From the NCBI RefSeq assembly GCF_009914755.1, contig NC_060943.1: 64,000 nt of DNA; one strand, 5' to 3'. Position numbers and translations under genes: made by a program. Shown piece after piece: positions 39,301 to 53,500 of the stretch (its first letter is position 1; every line of letters starts with the position of its first letter). Source of the stretch: the human T2T-CHM13v2.0 reference genome, Homo sapiens. Below the pieces are notes generated by a model. It made no database searches and was not told the origin of the DNA. It saw only the letters and a program-made list of their open reading frames with translations.

Positions 39301-42042
39301 ACAGAGCAGACTTGAAACACTCTTTTTGTGGAATTTGCAAGTGGAGATTTCAGCCGCTTTGAGGTCAATGGTAGAATAGGAAATATCTTCCTATAGAAAC
39401 TAGACAGAATGATTCTCAGAAACTCCTTTGTGATGTGTGCGTTCAACTCACAGAGTTTAACCTTTCTTTTCATAGAGCAGTTAGGAAACACTCTGTTTGT
39501 AAAGTCTGCAAGTGGATATTCAGACATCCTTGAGGCTTTCGTTGGAAACGGGATTTCTTCATATTCTGCTAGAAAGAAGAATTCCCAGTAACTTCCTTGT
39601 GTTGTGTGTATTCAACTCACAGAGTTGAACGATCCTTTACACAGAGCAGACTTGAAACACTCTTTTTGTGGAATTTGCAAGTGGAGATTTCAGCCGCTTT
39701 GAGGTCAATGGTAGAATAGGAAATATCTTCCTATAGAAACTAGACAGAATGATTCTCAGAAACTCCTTTGTGATGTGTGCGTTCAACTCACACAGTTTAA
39801 CCTTTCTTTTCATAGATCAGTTAGGAAACACTCTGTTTGTAAAGTCTGCAAGTGGATATTCAGACCTCCTTGAGGCCTTCGTTGGAAACGGGATTTCTTC
39901 ATATTATGCTAGACAGAAGAATTCTCAGGAACTTCCTTGTGTTGTGTGTATTCAACTCACAGAGTTGAACGATCCTTTACACAGAGCAGACTTGAAACAC
40001 TCTTTTTGTGGAATTTGCAAGTGGAGATTTCAGCCGCTTTGAGTTCAATGGTAGAATAGGAAATATCTTCCTATAGAAAGTACACAGAATGATTCTCAGA
40101 AACTGCTTTGTGATGTGTGCGTTCAACTCACAGAGTTCAACCTTTCTTTTCATAGAGCAGTTGGGAAACACTCTGTTTGTAAAGTCTGCAAGTGGATATT
40201 CAGACTTCTTTGAGGCCTTCTTTGGAAGCGGGATTTCTTCATATTCTGCTAGACAGAAGAATTCTCAGTAACTTCCTTGTGTTGTGTGTATTCAACTCAC
40301 AGAGTTGAACGATCCTTTACACAGAGCAGACTTGAAACACTCTTTTTGTGGAATTTGCAAGTGGAGATTTCAGCCGCTTTGAGGTCAATGGTAGAATAGG
40401 AAATATCTTCCTATAGAAACTAGACAGAATGATTCTCAGAAACTCCTTTGTGATGTGTGCGTTCAACTCACAGAGTTCAACCTTTCTTTTCATAGAGCAG
40501 TTGGGAAACACTCTGTTTGTAAAGTCTGCAAGTGGATATTCAGACTTCTTTGAGGCCTTCGTTGGAAGCGGGATTTCTTCATGTTCTGCTAGACAGAAGA
40601 ATTCTCAGAAACTTCCTTGTGTTGTGTGTTTTCAACTCACAGAGTTGAACGATCCTTTACACAGAGCAGACTTGAAACACTCCTTTTGTGGAATTTGCAA
40701 GTGGAGATTTCAGCCGCTTTGAGGTCAATGGTAGAATAGGAAATATCTTCCTATAGAAAGTAGACAGAATGATTCTCAGAAACTCCTTTGTGATGTGTGC
40801 GTTCAACTCACAGAGTTCAACCTTTCTTTTCATAGAGCAGTTGGGAAACACTCTGTTTGTAAAGTCTGCAAGTGGATATTCAGACTTCTTTGAGGCCTTC
40901 GTTGGAAGCGGGATTTCTTCATATTCTGCTAGACAGAAGAATTCTCAGTAACTGCCTTGTGTTGTGTGTATTCAACTCACAGAGTTGAACGATCCTTTAC
41001 ACAGAGCAGACTTGAAACACTCTTTTTGTGGAATTTGCAAGTGGAGATTTCAGCCGCTTTGAGGTCAATGGTAGAATAGGAAATATCTTCCTATAGAAAC
41101 TAGACAGAATGATTCTCAGAAACTCCTTTGTGATGTGTGCGTTCAACTCACAGAGTTTACCCTTTCTTTTCATAGAGCAGTTAGGAAACACTCTGTTTGT
41201 AAAGTCTGCAAGTGGATATTCAGACATCCTTGAGGCTTTCGTTGGAAACGGGATTTCTTCATATTCTGCCAGAAAGAAGAATTCTCAGTAACTTCCTTGT
41301 GTTGTGTGTATTCAACTCACAGAGTTGAACGATCCTTTACACAGAGCAGACTTGAAACACTCTTTTTGTGGAATTTGCAAGTGGAGATTTCAGCCGCTTT
41401 GAGGTCAATGGTAGAATAGGAAATATCTTCCTATAGAAACTAGACAGAATGATTCTCAGAAACTCCTTTGTGATGTGTGCGTTCAACTCACAGAGTTTAA
41501 CCATTCTTTTCATAGAGCAGTTAGGAAACACTCTGTTTGTAAAGTCTGCAAGTGGATATTCAGACATCCTTGAGGCTTTCGTTGGAAACGGGATTTCTTC
41601 ATATTCTGCTAGAAAGAAGAATTCTCAGTAACTTCCTTGTGTTGTGTGTATTCAACTCACAGAGTTGAACGATCCTTTACACAGAGCAGACTTGAAACAC
41701 TCTTTTTGTGGAATTTGCAAGTGGAGATTTCAGCCGCTTTGAGGTCAATGGTAGAATAGGAAATATCTTCCTATAGAAACTAGACAGAATGATTCTCAGA
41801 AACTCCTTTGTGATGTGTGCGTTCAACTCACAGAGTTTAACCTTTCTTTTCATAGAGCAGTTGGGAAACACTCTGTTTGTAAAGTCTGCAAGTGGATATT
41901 CAGACATCCTTGAGGCTTTCGTTGGAAACGGGATTTCTTCATATTCTGCTAGAAAGAAGAATTCTCAGTAACTTCCTTGTGTTGTGTGTATTCAACTCAC
42001 AGAGTTGAACGATCCTTTACACAGAGCAGACTTGAAACACTC
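30306..42042. repeat. Near-tandem duplication with 6119-bp offset (about 30306-35923 vs 36425-42042)
   Basis: Sixteen consecutive dimers of the same types in the same order. Rare markers at 30547/36666, 31611/37730, 33698/39817, 34102/40221 and 339-bp dimers at 32611/38730. Confidence 0.9.
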
Positions 42043-44508
42043 TTTTTGTGGAATTTGCAAGTGGAGATTTCAGCCGCTTTGAGGTCAATGGTAGAATAGG
42101 AAATATCTTCCTATAGAAACTAGACAGAATGATTCTCAGAAACTCCTTTGTGATGTGTGCGTTCAACTCACACAGTTTAACCTTTCTTTTCATAGAGCAG
42201 TTAGGAAACACTCTGTTTGTAAAGTCTGCAAGTGGATATTCAGACCTCCTTGAGGCCTTCGTTGGAAACGGGATTTCTTCATATTATGCTAGACAGAAGA
42301 ATTCTCAGTAACTTCCTTGTGTTGTGTGTATTCAACTCACAGAGTTGAACGATCCTTTACACAGAGCAGACTTGAAACACTCCTTTTGTGGAATTTGCAA
42401 GTGGAGATTTCAGCCGCTTTGAGGTCAATGGTAGAATAGGAAATATCTTCCTATAGAAAGTAGACAGAATGATTCTCAGAAACTCCTTTGTGATGTGTGC
42501 GTTCAACTCACAGAGTTTAACCTTTCTTTTCATAGAGCAGTTAGGAAACACTCTGTTTGTAAAGTCTGCAAGTGGATATTCAGACCTCCTTGAGGCCTTC
42601 GTTGGAAACGGGATTTCTTCATATTATGCTAGACAGAAGAATTCTCAGTAACTTCCTTGTGTTGTGTGTATTCAACTCACAGAGTTGAACGATCCTTTAC
42701 ACAGAGCAGACTTGAAACACTCTTTTTGTGGAATTTGCAAGTGGAGATTTCAGCCGCTTTGAGTTCAATGGTAGAATAGGAAATATCTTCCTATAGAAAC
42801 TAGACAGAGTGATTCTCAGAAACTCCTTTGTGATGTGTGCGTTCACCTCACAGAGTTCAACCTTTCTTTTCATAGAGCAGTTGGGAAACACTCTGTTTGT
42901 AAAGTCTGCAAGTGGATATTCAGACTTCTTTGAGGCCTTCGTTGGAAGCGGGATTTCTTCATATTCTGCTAGACAGAAGAATTCTCAGTAACTGCCTTGT
43001 GTTGTGTGTATTCAACTCACAGAGTTGAACGATCCTTTACACAGAGCAGACTTGAAACACTCTTTTTGTGGAATTTGCAAGTGGAGATTTCAGCCGCTTT
43101 GGGGTCAATGGTAGAATAGGAAATATCTTCCTATAGAAACTAGACAGAATGATTCTCAGAAACTCCTTTGTGATGTGTGCGTTCAACTCACAGAGTTCAA
43201 CCTTTCTTTTCATAGAGCAGTTGGGAAACACTCTGTTTGTAAAGTCTGCAAGTGGATATTCAGACTTCTTTGAGGCCTTCGTTGGAAGCGGGATTTCTTC
43301 ATATTCTGCTAGACAGAAGAATTCTCAGTAACTGCCTTGTGTTGTGTTTATTCAACTCACAGAGTTGAACGATCCTTTACACAGAGCAGACTTGAAACAC
43401 TCTTTTTGTGGAATTTGCAAGTGGAGATTTCAGCCGCTTTGAGGTCAATGGTAGAATAGGAAATATCTTCCTATAGAAACTAGACAGAATGATTCTCAGA
43501 AACTCCTTTGTGATGTGTGCGTTCAACTCACAGAGTTTAACCATTCTTTTCATAGAGCAGTTAGGAAACACTCTGTTTGTAAAGTCTGCAAGTGGATATT
43601 CAGACATCCTTGAGGCTTTCGTTGGAAACGGGATTTCTTCATATTCTGCTAGAAAGAAGAATTCTCAGTAACTTCCTTGTGTTGTGTGTATTCAACTCAC
43701 AGAGTTGAACGATCCTTTACACAGAGCAGACTTGAAACACTCTTTTTGTGGAATTTGCAAGTGGAGATTTCAGCCGCTTTGAGGTCAATGGTAGAATAGG
43801 AAATATCTTCCTATAGAAACTAGACAGAATGATTCTCAGAAACTCCTTTGTGATGTGTGCGTTCAACTCACAGAGTTTAACCTTTCTTTTCATAGAGCAG
43901 TTGGGAAACACTCTGTTTGTAAAGTCTGCAAGTGGATATTCAGACATCCTTGAGGCTTTCGTTGGAAACGGGATTTCTTCATATTCTGCTAGAAAGAAGA
44001 ATTCTCAGTAACTTCCTTGTGTTGTGTGTATTCAACTCACAGAGTTGAACGATCCTTTACACAGAGCAGACTTGAAACACTCTTTTTGTGGAATTTGCAA
44101 GTGGAGATTTCAGCCGCTTTGAGGTCAATGGTAGAATAGGAAATATCTTCCTATAGAAACTAGACAGAATGATTCTCAGAAACTCCTTTGTGATGTGTGC
44201 GTTCAACTCACACAGTTTAACCTTTCTTTTCATAGAGCAGTTAGGAAACACTCTGTTTGTAAAGTCTGCAAGTGGATATTCAGACCTCCTTGAGGCCTTC
44301 GTTGGAAACGGGATTTCTTCATATTATGCTAGACAGAAGAATTCTCAGTAACTTCCTTGTGTTGTGTGTATTCAACTCACAGAGTTGAACGATCCTTTAC
44401 ACAGAGCAGACTTGAAACACTCCTTTTGTGGAATTTGCAAGTGGAGATTTCAGCCGCTTTGAGGTCAATGGTAGAATAGGAAATATCTTCCTATAGAAAG
44501 TAGACAGA

Positions 44509-47500
44509 ATGATTCTCAGAAACTCCTTTGTGATGTGTGCGTTCAACTCACAGAGTTTAACCTTTCTTTTCATAGAGTAGTTAGGAAACACTCTGTTTGT
44601 AAAGTCTGCAAGTGGATATTCAGACCTCCTTGAGGCCTTCGTTGGAAACGGGATTTCTTCATATTATGCTAGACAGAAGAATTCTCAGTAACTTCCTTGT
44701 GTTGTGTGTATTCAACTCACAGAGTTGAACGATCCTTTACACAGAGCAGACTTGAAACACTCTTTTTGTGGAATTTGCAAGTGGAGATTTCAGCCGCTTT
44801 GAGTTCAATGGTAGAATAGGAAATATCTTCCTATAGAAACTAGACAGAATGATTCTCAGAAACTCCTTTGTGATGTGTGCGTTCACCTCACAGAGTTCAA
44901 CCTTTCTTTTCATAGAGCAGTTGGGAAACACTCTGTTTGTAAAGTCTGCAAGTGGATATTCAGACTTCTTTGAGGCCTTCGTTGGAAGCGGGATTTCTTC
45001 ATATTCTGCTAGACAGAAGAATTCTCAGTAACTGCCTTGTGTTGTGTGTATTCAACTCACAGAGTTGAACGATCCTTTACACAGAGCAGACTTGAAACAC
45101 TCTTTTTGTGGAATTTGCAAGTGGAGATTTCAGCCGCTTTGAGGTCAATGGTAGAATAGGAAATATCTTCCTATAGAAACTAGACAGAATGATTCTCAGA
45201 AACTCCTTTGTGATGTGTGCGTTCAACTCACAGAGTTCAACCTTTCTTTTCATAGAGCAGTTGGGAAACACTCTGTTTGTAAAGTCTGCAAGTGGATATT
45301 CAGACTTCTTTGAGGCCTTCGTTGGAAGCGGGATTTCTTCATATTCTGCTAGACAGAAGAATTCTCAGTAACTGCCTTGTGTTGTGTTTATGCAACTCAC
45401 AGAGTTGAACGATCCTTTACACAGAGCAGACTTGAAACACTCTTTTTGTGGAATTTGCAAGTGGAGATTTCAGCCGCTTTGAGGTCAATGGTAGAATAGG
45501 AAATATCTTCCTATAGAAACTAGACAGAATGATTCTCAGAAACTCCTTTGTGATGTGTGCGTTCAACTCACAGAGTTTAACCTTTCTTTTCATAGAGCAG
45601 TTAGGAAACACTCTGTTTGTAAAGTCTGCAAGTGGATATTCAGACATCCTTGAGGCTTTCGTTGGAAACGGGATTTCTTCATATTCTGCTAGAAAGAAGA
45701 ATTCCCAGTAACTTCCTTGTGTTGTGTGTATTCAACTCACAGAGTTGAACGATCCTTTACACAGAGCAGACTTGAAACACTCTTTTTGTGGAATTTGCAA
45801 GTGGAGATTTCAGCCGCTTTGAGGTCAATGGTAGAATAGGAAATATCTTCCTATAGAAACTAGACAGAATGATTCTCAGAAACTCCTTTGTGATGTGTGC
45901 GTTCAACTCACACAGTTTAACCTTTCTTTTCATAGAGCAGTTAGGAAACACTCTGTTTGTAAAGTCTGCAAGTGGATATTCAGACCTCCTTGAGGCCTTC
46001 GTTGGAAACGGGATTTCTTCATATTATGCTAGACAGAAGAATTCTCAGGAACTTCCTTGTGTTGTGTGTATTCAACTCACAGAGTTGAACGATCCTTTAC
46101 ACAGAGCAGACTTGAAACACTCTTTTTGTGGAATTTGCAAGTGGAGATTTCAGCCGCTTTGAGTTCAATGGTAGAATAGGAAATATCTTCCTATAGAAAG
46201 TACACAGAATGATTCTCAGAAACTCCTTTGTGATGTGTGCGTTCAACTCACAGAGTTCAACCTTTCTTTTCATAGAGCAGTTGGGAAACACTCTGTTTGT
46301 AAAGTCTGCAAGTGGATATTCAGACTTCTTTGAGGCCTTCGTTGGAAGCGGGATTTCTTCATATTCTGCTAGACAGAAGAATTCTCAGTAAGTTCCTTGT
46401 GTTGTGTGTATTCAACTCACAGAGTTGAACGATCCTTTACACAGAGCAGACTTGAAACACTCTTTTTGTGGAATTTGCAAGTGGAGATTTCAGCCGCTTT
46501 GAGGTCAATGGTAGAATAGGAAATATCTTCCTATAGAAACTAGACAGAATGATTCTCAGAAACTCCTTTGTGATGTGTGCGTTCAACTCACAGAGTTCAA
46601 CCTTTCTTTTCATAGAGCAGTTGGGAAACACTCTGTTTGTAAAGTCTGCAAGTGGATATTCAGACTTCTTTGAGGCCTTCGTTGGAAGCGGGATTTCTTC
46701 ATGTTCTGCTAGACAGAAGAATTCTCAGAAACTTCCTTGTGTTGTGTGTTTTCAACTCACAGAGTTGAACGATCCTTTACACAGAGCAGACTTGAAACAC
46801 TCCTTTTGTGGAATTTGCAAGTGGAGATTTCAGCCGCTTTGAGGTCAATGGTAGAATAGGAAATATCTTCCTATAGAAAGTAGACAGAATGATTCTCAGA
46901 AACTCCTTTGTGATGTGTGCGTTCAACTCACAGAGTTTAACCTTTCTTTTCATAGAGCAGTTAGGAAACACTCTGTTTGTAAAGTCTGCAAGTGGATATT
47001 CAGACCTCCTTGAGGCCTTCTTTGGAAACAGGATTTCTTCATATTCTGCTAGAAAGAAGATTTCTCAGTAACTTCCTTGTGTTGTGTGTATTCAACTCAC
47101 AGAGTTGAACGATCCTTTACACAGAGCAGACTTGAAACACTCTTTTTGTGGAATTTGCAAGTGGAGATTTCAGCCGCTTTGAGTTCAATGGTAGAATAGG
47201 AAATATCTTCCTATAGAAACTAGACAGAATGATTCTCATAACTCCTTTGTGATGTGTGCGTTCAACTCACAGAGTTCAACCTTTCTTTTCATAGAGCAGT
47301 TGGGAAACACTCTGTTTGTAAAGTCTGCAAGTGGATATTCAGACATCCTTGAGGCCTTCGTTGGAAGCGGGATTTCTTCATATTCTGCTAGACAGAAGAA
47401 TTCTCAGTAACTGCCTTGTGTTGTGTGTATTCAACTCACAGAGTTGAACGATCCTTTACACAGAGCAGACTTGAAACACTCTTTTTGTGGAATTTGCAAG

Positions 47501-50500
47501 TGGAGATTTCAGCCGCTTTGAGGTCAATGGTAGAATAGGAAATATCTTCCTATAGAAACTAGACAGAATGATTCTCAGAAACTCCTTTGTGATGTGTGCG
47601 TTCAACTCACACAGTTTAACCTTTCTTTTCATAGAGCAGTTAGGAAACACTCTGTTTGTAAAGTCTGCAAGTGGATATTCAGACCTCCTTGAGGCCTTCG
47701 TTGGAAACGGGATTTCTTCATATTATGCTAGACAGAAGAATTCTCAGTAACTTCCTTGTGTTGTGTGTATTCAACTCACAGAGTTGAACGATCCTTTACA
47801 CAGAGCAGACTTGAAACACTCTTTTTGTGGAATTTGCAAGTGGAGATTTCAGCCGCTTTGAGGTCAATGGTAGAATAGGAAATATCTTCCTATAGAAACT
47901 AGACAGAATGATTCTCAGAAACTCCTTTGTGATGTGTGCGTTCAACTCACAGAGTTCAACCTTTCTTTTCATAGAGCAGTTGGGAAACACTCTGTTTGTA
48001 AAGTCTGCAAGTGGATATTCAGACCTCCTTGAGGCCTTCGTTGGAAACGGGATTTCTTCATATTATGCTAGACAGAAGAATTCTCAGTAACTTCCTTGTG
48101 TTGTGTGTATTCAACTCACAGAGTTGAACGATCCTTTACACAGAGCAGACTTGAAACACTCTTTTTGTGGAATTTGCAAGTGGAGATTTCAGCCGCTTTG
48201 AGGTCAATGGTAGAATAGGAAATATCTTCCTATAGAAACTAGACAGAATGATTCTCAGAAACTCCTTTGTGATGTGTGCGTTCAACTCACAGAGTTTACC
48301 CTTTCTTTTCATAGAGCAGTTGGGAAACACTCTGTTTGTAAAGTCTGCAAGTGGATATTCAGACTTCTTTGAGGCTTTCGTTGGAAGCGGGATTTCTTCA
48401 TATTCTGCCAGAAAGAAGAATTCTCAGTAACTTCCTTGTGTTGTGTGTATTCAACTCACAGAGTTGAACGATCCTTTACACAGAGCAGACTTGAAACACT
48501 CTTTTTGTGGAATTTGCAAGTGGAGATTTCAGCCGCTTTGAGGTCAATGGTAGAATAGGAAATATCTTCCTATAGAAACTAGACAGAATGATTCTCAGAA
48601 ACTCCTTTGTGATGTGTGCGTTCAACTCACAGAGTTTAACCTTTCTTTTCATAGAGCAGTTAGGAAACACTCTGTTTGTAAAGTCTGCAAGTGGATATTC
48701 AGACCTCCTTGAGGCCTTCGTTGGAAACGGGATTTCTTCATATTATGCTAGACAGAAGAATTCTCAGTAACTTCCTTGTGTTGTGTGTATTCAACTCACA
48801 GAGTTGAACGATCCTTTACACAGAGCAGACTTGAAACACTCTTTTTGTGGAATTTGCAAGTGGAGATTTCAGCCGCTTTGAGGTCAATGGTAGAATAGGA
48901 AATATCTTCCTATAGAAACTAGACAGAATGATTCTCAGAAACTCCTTTGTGATGTGTGCGTTCAACTCACAGAGTTCAACCTTTCTTTTCATAGAGCAGT
49001 TGGGAAACACTCTGTTTGTAAAGTCTGCAAGTGGATATTCAGACTTCTTTGAGGCCTTCGTTGGAAGCGGGATTTCTTCATATTCTGCTAGACAGAAGAA
49101 TTCTCAGTAACTGCCTTGTGTTGTGTGTATTCAACTCACAGAGTTGAACGATCCTTTACACAGAGCAGACTTGAAACACTCTTTTTGTGGAATTTGCAAG
49201 TGGAGATTTCAGCCGCTTTGAGGTCAATGGTAGAATAGGAAATTTCTTCCTATAGAAACTAGACAGAATGATTCTCAGAAACTCCTTTGTGATGTGTGCG
49301 TTCAACTCACAGAGTTTAACCTTTCTTTTCATAGAGCAGTTAGGAAACACTCTGTTTGTAAAGTCTGCAAGTGGATATTCAGACATCCTTGAGGCTTTCG
49401 TTGGAAACGGGATTTCTTCATATTCTGCCAGAAAGAAGAATTCTCAGTAACTTCCTTGTGTTGTGTGTATTCAACTCACAGAGTTGAACGATCCTTTACA
49501 CAGAGCAGACTTGAAACACTCTTTTTGTGGAATTTGCAAGTGGAGATTTCAGCCGCTTTGAGGTCAATGGTAGAATAGGAAATATCTTCCTATAGAAACT
49601 AGACAGAATGATTCTCAGAAACTCCTTTGTGATGTGTGCGTTCAACTCACAGAGTTTAACCATTCTTTTCATAGAGCAGTTAGGAAACACTCTGTTTGTA
49701 AAGTCTGCAAGTGGATATTCAGACATCCTTGAGGCTTTCGTTGGAAACGGGATTTCTTCATATTCTGCTAGAAAGAAGAATTCTCAGTAACTTCCTTGTG
49801 TTGTGTGTATTCAACTCACAGAGTTGAACGATCCTTTACACAGAGCAGACTTGAAACACTCTTTTTGTGGAATTTGCAAGTGGAGATTTCAGCCGCTTTG
49901 AGGTCAATGGTAGAATAGGAAATATCTTCCTATAGAAACTAGACAGAATGATTCTCAGAAACTCCTTTGTGATGTGTGCGTTCAACTCACAGAGTTTAAC
50001 CTTTCTTTTCATAGAGCAGTTGGGAAACACTCTGTTTGTAAAGTCTGCAAGTGGATATTCAGACCTCCTTGAGGCTTTCGTTGGAAACGGGATTTCTTCA
50101 TATTCTGCTAGAAAGAAGAATTCTCAGTAACTTCCTTGTGTTGTGTGTATTCAACTCACAGAGTTGAACGATCCTTTACACAGAGCAGACTTGAAACACT
50201 CTTTTTGTGGAATTTGCAAGTGGAGATTTCAGCCGCTTTGAGGTCAATGGTAGAATAGGAAATATCTTCCTATAGAAACTAGACAGAATGATTCTCAGAA
50301 ACTCCTTTGTGATGTGTGCGTTCAACTCACACAGTTTAACCTTTCTTTTCATAGAGCAGTTAGGAAACACTCTGTTTGTAAAGTCTGCAAGTGGATATTC
50401 AGACCTCCTTGAGGCCTTCGTTGGAAACGGGATTTCTTCATATTCTGCTAGAAAGAAGAATTCTCAGTAACTTCCTTGTGTTGTGTGTATTCAACTCACA

Positions 50501-53500
50501 GAGTTGAACGATCCTTTACACAGAGCAGACTTGAAACACTCTTTTTGTGGAATTTGCAAGTGGAGATTTCAGCCGCTTTGAGGTCAATGGTAGAATAGGA
50601 AATATCTTCCTATAGAAACTAGACAGAATGATTCTCAGAAACTCCTTAGTGATGTGTGCGTTCAACTCACAGAGTTCAACCTTTCTTTTCATAGAGCAGT
50701 TGGGAAACACTCTGTTTGTAAAGTCTGCAAGTGGATATTCAGACTTCTTTGAGGCCTTCGTTGGAAGCGGGATTTCTTCATGTTCTGCTAGACAGAAGAA
50801 TTCTCAGAAACTTCCTTGTGTTGTGTGTTTTCAACTCACAGAGTTGAACGATCCTTTACACAGAGCAGACTTGAAACACTCCTTTTGTGGAATTTGCAAG
50901 TGGAGATTTCAGCCGCTTTGAGGTCAATGGTAGAATAGGAAATATCTTCCTATAGAAAGTAGACAGAATGATTCTCAGAAACTCCTTTGTGATGTGTGCG
51001 TTCAACTCACAGAGTTCAACCTTTCTTTTCATAGAGCAGTTGGGAAACACTCTGTTTGTAAAGTCTGCAAGTGGATATTCAGACTTCTTTGAGGCCTTCG
51101 TTGGAAGCGGGATTTCTTCATGTTCTGCTAGACAGAAGAATTCTCAGAAACTTCCTTGTGTTGTGTGTTTTCAACTCACAGAGTTGAACGATCCTTTACA
51201 CAGAGCAGACTTGAAACACTCCTTTTGTGGAATTTGCAAGTGGAGATTTCAGCCGCTTTGAGGTCAATGGTAGAATAGGAAATATCTTCCTATAGAAAGT
51301 AGACAGAATAATTCTCAGAAACTCCTTTGTGATGTGTGCGTTCAACTCACAGAGTTTAACCTTTCTTTTCATAGAGCAGTTAGGAAACACTCTGTTTGTA
51401 AAGTCTGCAAGTGGATATTCAGACCTCCTTGAGGCCTTCGTTGGAAACAGGATTTCTTCATATTCTGCTAGACAGAAGAATTCTCAGTAACTTCCTTGTG
51501 TTGTGTGTATTCAACTCACAGAGTTGAACGATCCTTTACACAGAGCAGACTTGAAACACTCTTTTTGTGGAATTTGCAAGTGGAGATTTCAGCCGCTTTG
51601 AGTTCAATGGTAGAATAGGAAATATCTTCCTATAGAAACTAGACAGAATGATTCTCATAACTCCTTTGTGATGTGTGTGTTCAACTCACAGAGTTCAACC
51701 TTTCTTTTCATAGAGCAGTTGGGAAACACTCTGTTTGTAAAGTCTGCAAGTGGATATTCAGACTTCTTTGAGGCCTTCGTTGGAAGCGGGATTTCTTCAT
51801 ATTCTGCTAGACAGAAGAATTCTCAGTAACTGCCTTGTGTTGTGTGTATTCAACTCACAGAGTTGAACGATCCTTTACACAGAGCAGACTTGAAACACTC
51901 TTTTTGTGGAATTTGCAAGTGGAGATTTCAGCCGCTTTGAGGTCAATGGTAGAATAGGAAATATCTTCCTATAGAAACTAGACAGAATGATTCTCAGAAA
52001 CTCCTTTGTGATGTGTGCGTTCAACTCACACAGTTTAACCTTTCTTTTCATAGATCAGTTAGGAAACACTCTGTTTGTAAAGTCTGCAAGTGGATATTCA
52101 GACCTCCTTGAGGCCTTCGTTGGAAACGGGATTTCTTCATATTATGCTAGACAGAAGAATTCTCAGGAACTTCCTTGTGTTGTGTGTATTCAACTCACAG
52201 AGTTGAACGATCCTTTACACAGAGCAGACTTGAAACACTCTTTTTGTGGAATTTGCAAGTGGAGATTTCAGCCGCTTTGAGTTCAATGGTAGAATAGGAA
52301 ATATCTTCCTATAGAAAGTACACAGAATGATTCTCAGAAACTGCTTTGTGATGTGTGCGTTCAACTCACAGAGTTCAACCTTTCTTTTCATAGAGCAGTT
52401 GGGAAACACTCTGTTTGTAAAGTCTGCAAGTGGATATTCAGACTTCTTTGAGGCCTTCTTTGGAAGCGGGATTTCTTCATATTCTGCTAGACAGAAGAAT
52501 TCTCAGTAACTTCCTTGTGTTGTGTGTATTCAACTCACAGAGTTGAACGATCCTTTACACAGAGCAGACTTGAAACACTCTTTTTGTGGAATTTGCAAGT
52601 GGAGATTTCAGCCGCTTTGAGGTCAATGGTAGAATAGGAAATATCTTCCTATAGAAACTAGACAGAATGATTCTCAGAAACTCCTTTGTGATGTGTGCGT
52701 TCAACTCACAGAGTTCAACCTTTCTTTTCATAGAGCAGTTGGGAAACACTCTGTTTGTAAAGTCTGCAAGTGGATATTCAGACTTCTTTGAGGCCTTCGT
52801 TGGAAGCGGGATTTCTTCATGTTCTGCTAGACAGAAGAATTCTCAGAAACTTCCTTGTGTTGTGTGTTTTCAACTCACAGAGTTGAACGATCCTTTACAC
52901 AGAGCAGACTTGAAACACTCCTTTTGTGGAATTTGCAAGTGGAGATTTCAGCCGCTTTGAGGTCAATGGTAGAATAGGAAATATCTTCCTATAGAAAGTA
53001 GACAGAATGATTCTCAGAAACTCCTTTGTGATGTGTGCGTTCAACTCACAGAGTTCAACCTTTCTTTTCATAGAGCAGTTGGGAAACACTCTGTTTGTAA
53101 AGTCTGCAAGTGGATATTCAGACTTCTTTGAGGCCTTCGTTGGAAGCGGGATTTCTTCATATTCTGCTAGACAGAAGAATTCTCAGTAACTGCCTTGTGT
53201 TGTGTGTATTCAACTCACAGAGTTGAACGATCCTTTACACAGAGCAGACTTGAAAAACTCTTTTTGTGGAATTTGCAAGTGGAGATTTCAGCCGCTTTGA
53301 GGTCAATGGTAGAATAGGAAATATCTTCCTATAGAAACTAGACAGAATGATTCTCAGAAACTCCTTTGTGATGTGTGCGTTCAACTCACAGAGTTTACCC
53401 TTTCTTTTCATAGAGCAGTTAGGAAACACTCTGTTTGTAAAGTCTGCAAGTGGATATTCAGACATCCTTGAGGCTTTCGTTGGAAACGGGATTTCTTCAT

